A DNA stretch of 64,000 nucleotides from Candidatus Gottesmanbacteria bacterium. GTDB taxonomy: Bacteria; Patescibacteriota; Microgenomatia; UBA10105; UBA927. Of the stretch, positions 51,136 to 59,687 are shown piece after piece. A program made the translations under genes and the position numbers. Numbering within the stretch: the first letter of the stretch is position 1; every line of letters starts with the position of its first letter. The notes below the pieces were generated by a model. That model was not told the origin of the DNA and searched no databases. It worked only from the letters and a program-made list of their open reading frames with translations. The stretch covers positions 468,084 through 532,083 of the forward strand of contig OY970230.1 in the NCBI GenBank assembly GCA_963714095.1, given 5' to 3'.

Positions 51136-53490
51136 TTACAATCTTGCGCGCTGGGAAATCTCGGCCTCCACCAATTCCCGTGAACGGCCGTACTTCAGGC
51201 GCGACAGCTGGATAATGGCGGCTGCGACTTTTTCGTTCCTCGACGCGTTCACCTTCGTCATATCTTTAGTCAAATCCATGCTGAACGGTTTCACTGGCTC
51301 GTTGTGGACATTGGTTTTGACGTATGCGTTATACCTATCTATATTGATCAAATCCGACTCATTAAACGTCGGCTGATATTCATGCTGCAGGTAATTGGCA
51401 TCCGTAACACCGACACGGAAACTAATAAGCGTGCCGACGTTGCCGAATACTGCATTTTTCACCTCTTCCTCCATCTGACCGATAAACTGGTTGGCAACGA
51501 TAAGATCTAGTCTGTATTTCCGTGCCTCAGACAGAATTTGGGCGAAATCGGGCGTTGCAAAGTTTTGAAACTCATCGACATAAAGATAAAAATCGCGCCG
51601 CTTCTCTTCGGATATTTCCTGGCGGCTCATGGCGGAAATAAGAATTCGGGGTACCAGTATCAGTCCCAGGAAATTACTGTTTTCTTCTCCAATTTTTCCT
51701 TTCGCAAGGTTAACAAGAAGTATTTTTCCTTCATCCATGACATTGCGGAAATTAAAACTTGATTCCGACTGACCGATAATATTGCGCATAAGTTTATTGG
51801 TTACGAACCGGCCGAACTTCGACACAATGTAGTCCAACACTTCCGATTTATGGAAATCTGCAGTCTGGGCAATCTGATCAGTCCAATAGCGGCGGATGAT
51901 AGGATCCTGCAGCTTCGGAAGTAATTCCTGAACAAAAGTGGCATCGGTAAGCACGCGGACAACTTCAACAAACGTATTGCCTGGCTCCACCATGACGGTG
52001 AGCATTGCGTTTCTGATGGCATGTTCAAAACGGGGACCGATAATACCGGTTTTCATGGGATCGTAGAGTTTGTACATCAGTCCGACAATTGATGTAACCA
52101 CAAAATGTTTTTGTTCTTCGGTAGTGGCTTCCAGCATATTCAGACCCATCGGGCGCTCGGTATCAGATGGGTCAAAATAAATGACATCCTCAGCGCGGGA
52201 CGGCGGAATCCGTGACAACACGCCGTCAATAAGGTCTCCGTGCGGATCAACAACCGCAATTCCCTTACCCGCCTGAATATCCTGGACAATCATCTCCTCC
52301 AATAACTGCGATTTCCCCGTACCTGTTTTCCCAATGATATACATGTGACGCCTGCGGTCTTCATCGCTGATATATATCTGCCGTTCTACACCCCTATACC
52401 GTGACTGACCCAAATAAAGGCCGGACGTTGGAATCTGGGAAGGAGCCGGCGCCCGTTTCGCATTGAGCCAAAATATGTGGGCAGTTTCAATTGTTTTATT
52501 GGGAAGATGATACAGCGTTGCCAGCTCTTCGCTGTTGAGAATACTGAACTGTTGAAAAAACGGCAGATTAAATACCGGAAAGTATCGGTAAATAAAATCC
52601 ATCATGAAAAGTTTTTTTGTAAATAGCGGAAATTTTACTTTCGTAAAATTATTATGGTCAGACGTAAATTGCCCGAAACTGGCTAATAAATTATCAAGAT
52701 GCATCTTGGCATTTTCCTGCGAGGTAGACGACACGACAATCCGTACAACCGTGTTAAATCCCGGCTTACTCGTTTTTTGCTCAATCGCTTCCAGCGACTT
52801 GGAATCCACCTTAAAGCTTGCTTTTTCCGGATTCGCCTCATCCTTTTTCACTTTTGATATATAAGAACGGCCCAAGCTCCGCCATTTGCTCTCGGCAGGC
52901 TGAATTAAGACCTGCACGACTGCGCCTTCCCCTTCTCCCATTTTGGCAAGAACTGATGTAAGGGAAGATAACGGGTCGGTCGGAAGATCCCGAAATATCC
53001 GGATCGGCATGTATGCAAAATTTTTCAACCGTAACGCTGTAAATGCAACCTGTCCCGTTTCAGAAAATATGGAATATTCGTCCACTTCTTTTATATCCGC
53101 ACCGGGATACGCACCATGAATCTGTTTTTCCACAAGATCCATAAGTTTCCTTGGCACTGCAGCATAAAACCGGATATCCTCCTGCTTTGCAACAATTTCA
53201 AATGATAAATGAGGCTGCGGCTTTAAAAATGACCAAAAACCGGATTTATGAATGCCATACAGACTTGCAAATAATTGCTCTGCCGCATCAATTTTTATTT
53301 CATTCTCCCTGGGTACCGCCATCTGAAGAAGAACATAATCCAGTGACCGCTCCTCCCGATCACGGTATTTCCACAAAAGAAATGCCACATACATTAAAAG
53401 GTAAAAACCGCCCAGTAGGAGCACGATAAACAGGAGAACAATCCCAAACATTTCGAACCGATAGAGATAATCCATTGTTTGTATGGGCAT
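51136..53490 (-). CDS. VirD4/TrwB/HerA-like ATPase with N-terminal TM
   Basis: RRRHMYIIGKTGTGKS, VDPHGDL, LYVDEFQNFAT, ILSEARKYRL, ANQFIGQ, AVFGNVGT. Confidence 0.88.
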   Translation of the reverse strand: MPIQTMDYLYRFEMFGIVLLFIVLLLGGFYLLMYVAFLLWKYRDREERSLDYVLLQMAVPRENEIKIDAAEQLFASLYGIHKSGFWSFLKPQPHLSFEIVAKQEDIRFYAAVPRKLMDLVEKQIHGAYPGADIKEVDEYSIFSETGQVAFTALRLKNFAYMPIRIFRDLPTDPLSSLTSVLAKMGEGEGAVVQVLIQPAESKWRSLGRSYISKVKKDEANPEKASFKVDSKSLEAIEQKTSKPGFNTVVRIVVSSTSQENAKMHLDNLLASFGQFTSDHNNFTKVKFPLFTKKLFMMDFIYRYFPVFNLPFFQQFSILNSEELATLYHLPNKTIETAHIFWLNAKRAPAPSQIPTSGLYLGQSRYRGVERQIYISDEDRRRHMYIIGKTGTGKSQLLEEMIVQDIQAGKGIAVVDPHGDLIDGVLSRIPPSRAEDVIYFDPSDTERPMGLNMLEATTEEQKHFVVTSIVGLMYKLYDPMKTGIIGPRFEHAIRNAMLTVMVEPGNTFVEVVRVLTDATFVQELLPKLQDPIIRRYWTDQIAQTADFHKSEVLDYIVSKFGRFVTNKLMRNIIGQSESSFNFRNVMDEGKILLVNLAKGKIGEENSNFLGLILVPRILISAMSRQEISEEKRRDFYLYVDEFQNFATPDFAQILSEARKYRLDLIVANQFIGQMEEEVKNAVFGNVGTLISFRVGVTDANYLQHEYQPTFNESDLINIDRYNAYVKTNVHNEPVKPFSMDLTKDMTKVNASRNEKVAAAIIQLSRLKYGRSRELVEAEISQRARL

Positions 53491-53492
53491 AG

Positions 53493-53915
53493 TTATTCTC
53501 TCACGCGCGTGAGTTTCCCGTGAACATTTTTAAGTCCCATGTGTACCTGTTTTAATTTACGGACACACCACTGAGCAAGCCAGCGCCAGGAAGTCCATAT
53601 GCTTTGTTTTAATCCCAATGCGATCTGATCATCAGATAGAGGCAAGGTAACAGAGGGTGTGGGCGCAGGGACGTTTTGTCCGGCCGGTTGCACACCCAGC
53701 TGTGAGACCGGCGGAGGGATAGGAATCGCCGTCGGCCGCGTTGCGACTCCGGATGCTACGACCTCCGGTGACAGCTCTACTTCATGTCCCGCTGGTCGAA
53801 ATGGACCTTCAACAGATGGCCGCCCGCCGATTTCTACTTCCTTACTGACAGACCCGGTACTCACGGGAACAGGTGGCGAAGTATTTCCAGATACTGAAGA
53901 AGGCAGGTCATTCAT
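53493..53915 (-). CDS. Pro-rich hypothetical protein with SWRWLAQW C-terminal helix
   Basis: Low-complexity N-part; stop 2 nt before the ATPase start; own TGATATGAT -10. Confidence 0.6.
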   Translation of the reverse strand: MNDLPSSVSGNTSPPVPVSTGSVSKEVEIGGRPSVEGPFRPAGHEVELSPEVVASGVATRPTAIPIPPPVSQLGVQPAGQNVPAPTPSVTLPLSDDQIALGLKQSIWTSWRWLAQWCVRKLKQVHMGLKNVHGKLTRVRE

Positions 53916-53927
53916 ATAAATATCATA

Positions 53928-54428
53928 TCACGAATGGAGAACTTTCGAACCTGGGGACCGCGCCTTCATCAAAGCAAAACTCCCAAAAAATAGTGCGGTA
54001 TACGCGCTGTCTCCGATCAGGGAATTGCGGAAAAACGGGATGGCCATGATATAGGAATCCAATAAACCGGCAAGTGTTTTGGGGTACATGGATCCGGGCA
54101 CGAACCAGACAGCGAAATTAGTCACCAGATAAAATACAACTGATGACGTCAGCGTGATCCCGACAATACGGATCATTGATTGTTTTTGAAGATATCGGCC
54201 CGCGAGAAGAACAGAAATGGCAAAACTCCCGTAGGTAGCCCACATAACTGTATGAAATCCTAAAACCGCATCACTCACGAGCATCGTGCAGACGGTAATT
54301 GCCAACGCCTTCGTTCTACCAAATCTCGCGCCTGAAAACACAGCGAGCGCACCGACCGCGGTAATGTTGGCCGGGTGCGGAAGAATCCTCGAAAGAACAC
54401 CGATAATAATTAAAAGTACTGTATCCAT
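53928..54428 (-). CDS. DUF6580-like membrane protein, putative ECF S-component/BtuM-like cobalamin transporter
   Basis: RILPHPANITAV, SDAVLGFH, FYLVTNFAVW, MYPKTLAGL..Y..AIPFFRN..GD; about 6 TM in 166 aa; B12 gene context. Confidence 0.65.
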   Translation of the reverse strand: MDTVLLIIIGVLSRILPHPANITAVGALAVFSGARFGRTKALAITVCTMLVSDAVLGFHTVMWATYGSFAISVLLAGRYLQKQSMIRIVGITLTSSVVFYLVTNFAVWFVPGSMYPKTLAGLLDSYIMAIPFFRNSLIGDSAYTALFFGSFALMKARSPGSKVLHS

Positions 54429-54429
54429 A

Positions 54430-54858
54430 TTATTCAATAGTTGGCTTCATATACTTCCACTCAACTGTATCGCCTGCGTTGAGACTTTGTTTGTCTGCTG
54501 CAACAGTACCTGCTTTTCCGTTGACAAAATAAATCCATGATTTTTCTTTTGTGTTTGCAAGGGGTCCTATCTGCTGGACGAATACCCCGAAATCGTATTG
54601 TTTTGTTATCACCTCTATGCGTTTCTGTTCTGCCAAAGCCGTCAATGCAGCGTAGGCGTTTCCTGCAAAAATACCAGATACTGTGGAGACTTCTTTGCCT
54701 GTATCCAATACAACGGTTGCCGTTGAAACCGGTGAAACAGAAAGCGATGAATTGACATTGACATAATTCGCTGTCCGCCAAACGTACTGTGTAACCTCAT
54801 ACAAACCCCCGACAATAATAATTCCTAGAGCCGCCACTATGGCAATATTTTTTTTCAT
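54430..54858 (-). CDS. DUF4430/transcobalamin-C-like membrane-anchored protein
   Basis: N-terminal TM; KQYDFGVFVQQIG, WIYFVNGK, VAADK, GDTVEWKY. Confidence 0.8.
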   Translation of the reverse strand: MKKNIAIVAALGIIIVGGLYEVTQYVWRTANYVNVNSSLSVSPVSTATVVLDTGKEVSTVSGIFAGNAYAALTALAEQKRIEVITKQYDFGVFVQQIGPLANTKEKSWIYFVNGKAGTVAADKQSLNAGDTVEWKYMKPTIE

Positions 54859-54869
54859 AAAAAAACTCC

Positions 54870-55409
54870 TCACCGCGAGAAGTTTCCGGACCACACAACT
54901 TCCCTAATATTTTCCTGCTTATTTATAACCCTCGCAAGTGTAAATAGCAAGTCGGATAACCGATTGAGATATTTGATAATGACCGGATTCACCTGTTGTT
55001 TTTTTGATAAGGAGACCGTCTGTCTCTCGACACGGCGGCAGACACTGCGCGCAATATGGATGTGTGCTGCCAACTCGCACCCGCCGGGTAATATAAAGTT
55101 TGTAAGATGCGGCAATTCTTTGTCCATCAAATCTATTTCCTTTTCCATTTCTGAAATCCTCGGCTCAGGCAATTGAAGATTTCCTTTGAATCCCGCGAGT
55201 GTACTCCCGATGGTAAAAAGGTCTGACTGAATTGTATGCAAAAATACTTTTTTACTTTTATCCTTTAACTTCTCACCTATGAGTCCCATCCAACTGTTCA
55301 GTTCATCAATCGACCCATAGACATCAACGAGTTCCTCGCACTTCAACACGCGTTTACCGCCAAAGAGTGACGTCGTCCCATCATCTCCGGTGCGTGTATA
55401 GATTGGCAT
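54870..55409 (-). CDS. pduO: ATP:cob(I)alamin adenosyltransferase, PduO type
   Basis: IYTRTGDDGTTSL, YGSIDELNS, FILPGG, ARSVCRRVER, YLNRLSDLLF. Confidence 0.93.
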   Translation of the reverse strand: MPIYTRTGDDGTTSLFGGKRVLKCEELVDVYGSIDELNSWMGLIGEKLKDKSKKVFLHTIQSDLFTIGSTLAGFKGNLQLPEPRISEMEKEIDLMDKELPHLTNFILPGGCELAAHIHIARSVCRRVERQTVSLSKKQQVNPVIIKYLNRLSDLLFTLARVINKQENIREVVWSGNFSR

Positions 55410-55419
55410 AGATGAAGTA

Positions 55420-57849
55420 TTAACACTCAGAATAGCCGCAACTGTAGCATTTCTTGCAGGATTCTTCAAAAACAAGACTTGCTTCCCCGCATTTCGGGCA
55501 CAAATCAACAGTTACCATCCGCTTGGATGAGGCAACTGCCGCCTCCTGCGCCTCAACCGGCGGAGCAAATACGGGCGCGGGCGTAACAGTTGATGTTAAT
55601 TTTGCAACTTCCGCAGCAACCGTCGTTCCCGGTGCGTGTCCGTTTCCGTTTCCATCACCCACTGACAAGGGAGCAACATCAACCCTGTGTTTTTGAAAAA
55701 ATCCGAAATGCCGGTCGATAACTTTTGCAATTGCATCAGGAAGACTGCGTACACGGTTTTCACCGAACCCGAGACTTCGCGCTCCTCCGATACCGATCAG
55801 CATGGATGCAATTTTATGCGCGCGCTCCATCGGCGGAATGGGCGACGCCATACGAAGCGTTAAGGAAATAATTTTACCCAATGCCTCAGCCATAGCAGTT
55901 ACATCACTGCCGGCTTTGCCGACGTTCACGAACATTTCAACCGGCTGATTGCCGCCGTTGGTATTAATAGTCACATACGCATCGCCGACCGGTGTTTCCA
56001 CGCGGTAGGTCGCCCCATGCAGAACAACCGGGCGCGGTTTCACCTCCGGCGTGATAAGTTGTTTCACCTCTTCTACCTTTTTTTCCTCTTTCCGTGTTAA
56101 GACACCTACACGGCTTCCCTCCCGCATATAGGCAATACCCTTACACCCCTGTTCATACGCCAATGTGTAAAGCCGTTTCACATCTTCAACTGTATGGGTG
56201 GCCGGAGCGTTGACGGTTTTGCTGATGGACGCATCCACGTATTTTTGGATTGTTGCCTGAACATACACATGATCTTCCGGTATGAGATCATTGGCCGACA
56301 CAAACCATGCGGGGCGTTCCGCACGTGTCGGTTCTCTCCCGTGTATTTTTTTGAAATCCTCAAACCATGCGTCATAGAGAGGATGCCGCAGTGTGTGTTC
56401 TCCTAATCTGTCCCTCCGTATAAATTCAAACTCGTACACGGGTTCTATCCCGCTTGAGACCCCCGCCATGAGTGACGTACTCCCTGTTGGCGCCTGCTGC
56501 AGAATGAGGGAATTGCGGATGCCATATTTTTTTAAACCCTTACGGACTGATTCCGGCAGTTGTTTAATAAAATACCCGTCCAGATGTTTTTTAATTTGGA
56601 TCTTGGGGAACGGTCCTTTTTCTGCCGCTATCTCGACTGACGCCTCGTACGCCGCGTCCCTGATCGTTTTGTAAATTTTATCGATAACAGGAAGACTTTC
56701 TTTATCACCATACCGAAGTTTCATTTTAATCAGCGCATCGCCCAGCCCCATAGTACCCAACCCAATCCGACGTTCTCCTTTTTGTTGGACTTTACGGATT
56801 TCATCAAAGACATAAAAATCCGCATCAATAACGTCGTCCTGAAAACGTACACCGATGGTAGCGATTTGGGCAAGGCGCGCATAATCCATCTCTCCATTGT
56901 CCGTGACCAGCGCGGCAAGATTAATAGAACATAAATTACAGACGCCCCAATACGGCAACCCCTCCTCTCCGCACGGATTCACACAGTTAACAAATTCAAA
57001 ATATGAATTGTTAAACCATTTGTTATACCGCTCCATAAATACCACGCCCGGCTCCGCGCTTTTCCACGCCGCCTGGGCGATAAGATCCCAGAGAGCCCGT
57101 GCTTTTACGGTTTTATGGACAATAACTTTACCCCCGCGCGCAATCCAGTTAGGTAAATACCCGTCCCACTTTGTGTCATACTCCGGATCCGTTTTATCCG
57201 GAAATACTAAATTCCAATCCGCATCCGCCTTGACCGCGTCCATAAACGCGTCCGACACGCATACCGAAAGATTGGCGCCGTTAATCCTCGTTAAATCCTG
57301 TTTCACTGTAATAAACTCTTCAATATCCGGGTGCCAATCCCAGAGCATGAGCATCAACGCCCCGCGGCGCGAGCCTCCCTGCTGGATAATATCTTTGGTC
57401 GCGACACTGAATAATTCCGCCCAATTACAGGGGCCCGATGAAAATCCGTTGACCTTATTCACCCGGGCGCCACGGGGCCGGAGACTCGAAAGGTTGATGC
57501 CGACACCACCCCCGCGGGACATAATTTCCACCATATTCCCGAGTGTTTTTAAAATCCCGCCGCGTGAGTCGTGAGGCGAAGGAATAACAAAACAATTATA
57601 AAACGTTACCTTGTATCCGGTGCCGGCTCCTGACAAAATTCTTCCTCCCGGAACAAAGGCAAAATCCTCCATGGCCTGGAAAAATTTTTCTTCCCAGACG
57701 GCGCGGTCCTTTTTATGTTCGGACTGGGCGATCGCATGACTCACCCGTCGCCACATTTCTTCAGGCGTCTGTTCAATCGGTTTTCCCGTCTCGTCTTTCA
57801 GAGCATATCTGTCCAAAAATACGGTGTTACGGATGCCAGTTAATTCCAT
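55420..57849 (-). CDS. nrdJ: Class II adenosylcobalamin-dependent ribonucleotide reductase with TSCPD-like domain and Zn ribbon
   Basis: FYNCFV, SRRGALM, NPCGE, CNLCSINL, RRIGLGTMG, APTGSTS, SSGIEP, ISKTVN; C-terminal CPKC..CYSCGYSEC; no nrdB nearby. Confidence 0.93.
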   Translation of the reverse strand: MELTGIRNTVFLDRYALKDETGKPIEQTPEEMWRRVSHAIAQSEHKKDRAVWEEKFFQAMEDFAFVPGGRILSGAGTGYKVTFYNCFVIPSPHDSRGGILKTLGNMVEIMSRGGGVGINLSSLRPRGARVNKVNGFSSGPCNWAELFSVATKDIIQQGGSRRGALMLMLWDWHPDIEEFITVKQDLTRINGANLSVCVSDAFMDAVKADADWNLVFPDKTDPEYDTKWDGYLPNWIARGGKVIVHKTVKARALWDLIAQAAWKSAEPGVVFMERYNKWFNNSYFEFVNCVNPCGEEGLPYWGVCNLCSINLAALVTDNGEMDYARLAQIATIGVRFQDDVIDADFYVFDEIRKVQQKGERRIGLGTMGLGDALIKMKLRYGDKESLPVIDKIYKTIRDAAYEASVEIAAEKGPFPKIQIKKHLDGYFIKQLPESVRKGLKKYGIRNSLILQQAPTGSTSLMAGVSSGIEPVYEFEFIRRDRLGEHTLRHPLYDAWFEDFKKIHGREPTRAERPAWFVSANDLIPEDHVYVQATIQKYVDASISKTVNAPATHTVEDVKRLYTLAYEQGCKGIAYMREGSRVGVLTRKEEKKVEEVKQLITPEVKPRPVVLHGATYRVETPVGDAYVTINTNGGNQPVEMFVNVGKAGSDVTAMAEALGKIISLTLRMASPIPPMERAHKIASMLIGIGGARSLGFGENRVRSLPDAIAKVIDRHFGFFQKHRVDVAPLSVGDGNGNGHAPGTTVAAEVAKLTSTVTPAPVFAPPVEAQEAAVASSKRMVTVDLCPKCGEASLVFEESCKKCYSCGYSEC

Positions 57850-57854
57850 AATTT

Positions 57855-58301
57855 TTAAAGTAATTTTTTAATCTCTCTATCAAAATCTTCTATATCAACA
57901 AACTGCCGAAAGACACTTGCAAATCGGATGTAGGCAAGCTTGTCTAATTTTTTCAGGCGCCTGGCGACCAGTTCCCCGATTTTTTTACTCGGAACTTCCG
58001 TTGTGTCCCCGGCAATCAACTCCCGCTCAACTTCATCCACAATCCGATCTACATCATCCGCTTTAATCGTCGTTTTTCCGCTTGCCCGCCAAATTCCCCG
58101 TTTCAGTTTTTCCCGGTCAAACGTTTCCCGCCGCTCATCTTTTTTAATCACTGTAATCGGTACCGTTTCCACCCGCTCATAGGTCGTAAACCGCTTCTCA
58201 CACTTTGAGCACCCCCGGCGCCGTCTCGTCACTGACAAATCTTCGTTATCCCGAGTCTCGATGACATCTGTATTTTCAAAACCGCAATATGGACACTTCA
58301 T
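57855..58301 (-). CDS. nrdR: Transcriptional repressor NrdR
   Basis: MKCPYCG, RRRRGCSKCEKRFTTYE, ATP cone, AYIRFASVFRQF. Confidence 0.97.
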   Translation of the reverse strand: MKCPYCGFENTDVIETRDNEDLSVTRRRRGCSKCEKRFTTYERVETVPITVIKKDERRETFDREKLKRGIWRASGKTTIKADDVDRIVDEVERELIAGDTTEVPSKKIGELVARRLKKLDKLAYIRFASVFRQFVDIEDFDREIKKLL

Positions 58302-58394
58302 TTTTTCTGTTAGGACTTTTCAATATAAACAATTTCTGAACGATTTCAAGCCCCCAATTTCCTTCAAACCTTCATTTCACGAATGAAATATAAA

Positions 58395-58447
58395 ACACTA
58401 TATGTGGTGCTAAAAATGATAGTAAGACACTAAATACGGTGCGTCAA
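58395..58447 (-). promoter_or_regulatory. Tandem NrdR boxes overlapping a sigma70 promoter
   Basis: ACACTATATGTGGTGC (58395-58410) and ACACTAAATACGGTGC (58427-58442), 32 bp apart; TTGACG(58447-42)-17bp-TACTAT(58424-19) on minus strand. Confidence 0.9.
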
Positions 58448-58578
58448 CTGGCAACTTCTATATCAAAGAGGGGCAATATTTTCCCCCGAGGCTGATAATA
58501 ATCTGTGAGGAAAAAGTACGGGAAATCATTCCGCCGCGGATATAAAAAAATTCCGGTGCAGACGTTTTGTGTTCAACG

Positions 58579-59136
58579 TTACTTTAGTTTCTGCAATCCC
58601 GCCTGAAGGGTATGTACCAAATCCAACGAACCGGAGAGTCCTGATTTTATCGTTGCATCCGAAGTCACTTGTATTTCGGATGTCAGTACCTCTTCGTGTT
58701 TGGCAAGCGACTGGGTGAGATGATCTGTTATATATGCCGGAACCTCAGTCCCCTGCGCTTTGAGCGCAAAAAGTGTTTGCTCTGCATTATTCATGTACTT
58801 CTCCCCTTTAGAAATGGTTTGCTCTGCTAAAACTCCATTGCCGAGGGCTGTGAGCTGTATTCCCATAGCTAACCGTTTGTCACCCTGCAGAATATAAAAT
58901 TCCGTTTTCTTCACGGGATCCATAATGAGCTTATCCAGTATCCAATCACGGGCCTGCTTCAGGAAATACAAGGGATTATTCGGAAGCATCCCCGGATACG
59001 GAAGTTCGTATTGGACCGGCGTGGGTGTTGGTGAAACCACCGGTACTGCAGCAGTAGATGCAGTCGTTGTCACTCCTGCGGCAAAGACCATAGTCGGAAA
59101 AAGAAGACTAGCAAAAAATAAACCAATATATTTCAT
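58579..59136 (-). CDS. Exported helical protein (DUF5667-like)
   Basis: Signal peptide, YELPYPGMLPNNPLYFLKQARD, DKRL. Confidence 0.65.
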   Translation of the reverse strand: MKYIGLFFASLLFPTMVFAAGVTTTASTAAVPVVSPTPTPVQYELPYPGMLPNNPLYFLKQARDWILDKLIMDPVKKTEFYILQGDKRLAMGIQLTALGNGVLAEQTISKGEKYMNNAEQTLFALKAQGTEVPAYITDHLTQSLAKHEEVLTSEIQVTSDATIKSGLSGSLDLVHTLQAGLQKLK

Positions 59137-59666
59137 ATGGGTACCTCTTTCTTCTGTAGTATATCACCAGGCGCAATTCCTGCAAGGTTGAACACTTCTT
59201 GTTCCAAATTTTTCACTTTGGGATAACTCGCATCAAGAATTGCCTGTTCTTCGGGCGGCAAATGTTCAGCGTTCCACAGGGCGAAACGTTTGTCAACGCC
59301 GACTATATCATACTTGACCATCTTATCCGCAAGGTACAAAAGCTTTTGTTCCCAGGTTGAGGGTGCAGTTACAGGATTTAAAATCGTATGCAGCGAGTGC
59401 GCTGCGACGACATCCGCCACCTCATTCATCCCCTCCTCCCGCAAGACGCGCACCGCAGTATCCGGATGCCGCTCACCAGGACGCCGGGCGACGGCTTTAT
59501 CGATGTCATGCAGAAGTGCAGCTGCAAGAAGTAATTTTTTATCGACCGGAAATTTGTCAGCCAGTGTTATCGCGACATGGGCGACAAGAGTTACGTGAAT
59601 TCGTTTTTGCTGAGGAAGCGCATATTTCTCCCATAACGCCTTTGCCTGTTGTTCGTCCGGAATCAT
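59133..59666 (-). CDS. HD-domain protein
   Basis: H...AALLHDIDK...H...H...YLADK. Confidence 0.88.
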   Translation of the reverse strand: MIPDEQQAKALWEKYALPQQKRIHVTLVAHVAITLADKFPVDKKLLLAAALLHDIDKAVARRPGERHPDTAVRVLREEGMNEVADVVAAHSLHTILNPVTAPSTWEQKLLYLADKMVKYDIVGVDKRFALWNAEHLPPEEQAILDASYPKVKNLEQEVFNLAGIAPGDILQKKEVPI

Positions 59667-59687
59667 ACATTGTATTATAATCGACTT

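Noticed and set aside
51136-53490. Conjugative element or ICE
   Set aside because: No relaxase, mating-pair genes or boundaries; flanked by housekeeping-type genes
55420-57849. Class Ia NrdA, or an intein/intron in the reductase
   Set aside because: No nrdB nearby, PduO adjacent, Cys-terminal tail of class II type; ORF continuous with no intein motifs
58302-58578. Cobalamin riboswitch or other ncRNA in the largest intergenic gap
   Set aside because: No B12-box or conserved core recognised by eye; the promoter and NrdR boxes explain the region; an Infernal scan would be decisive
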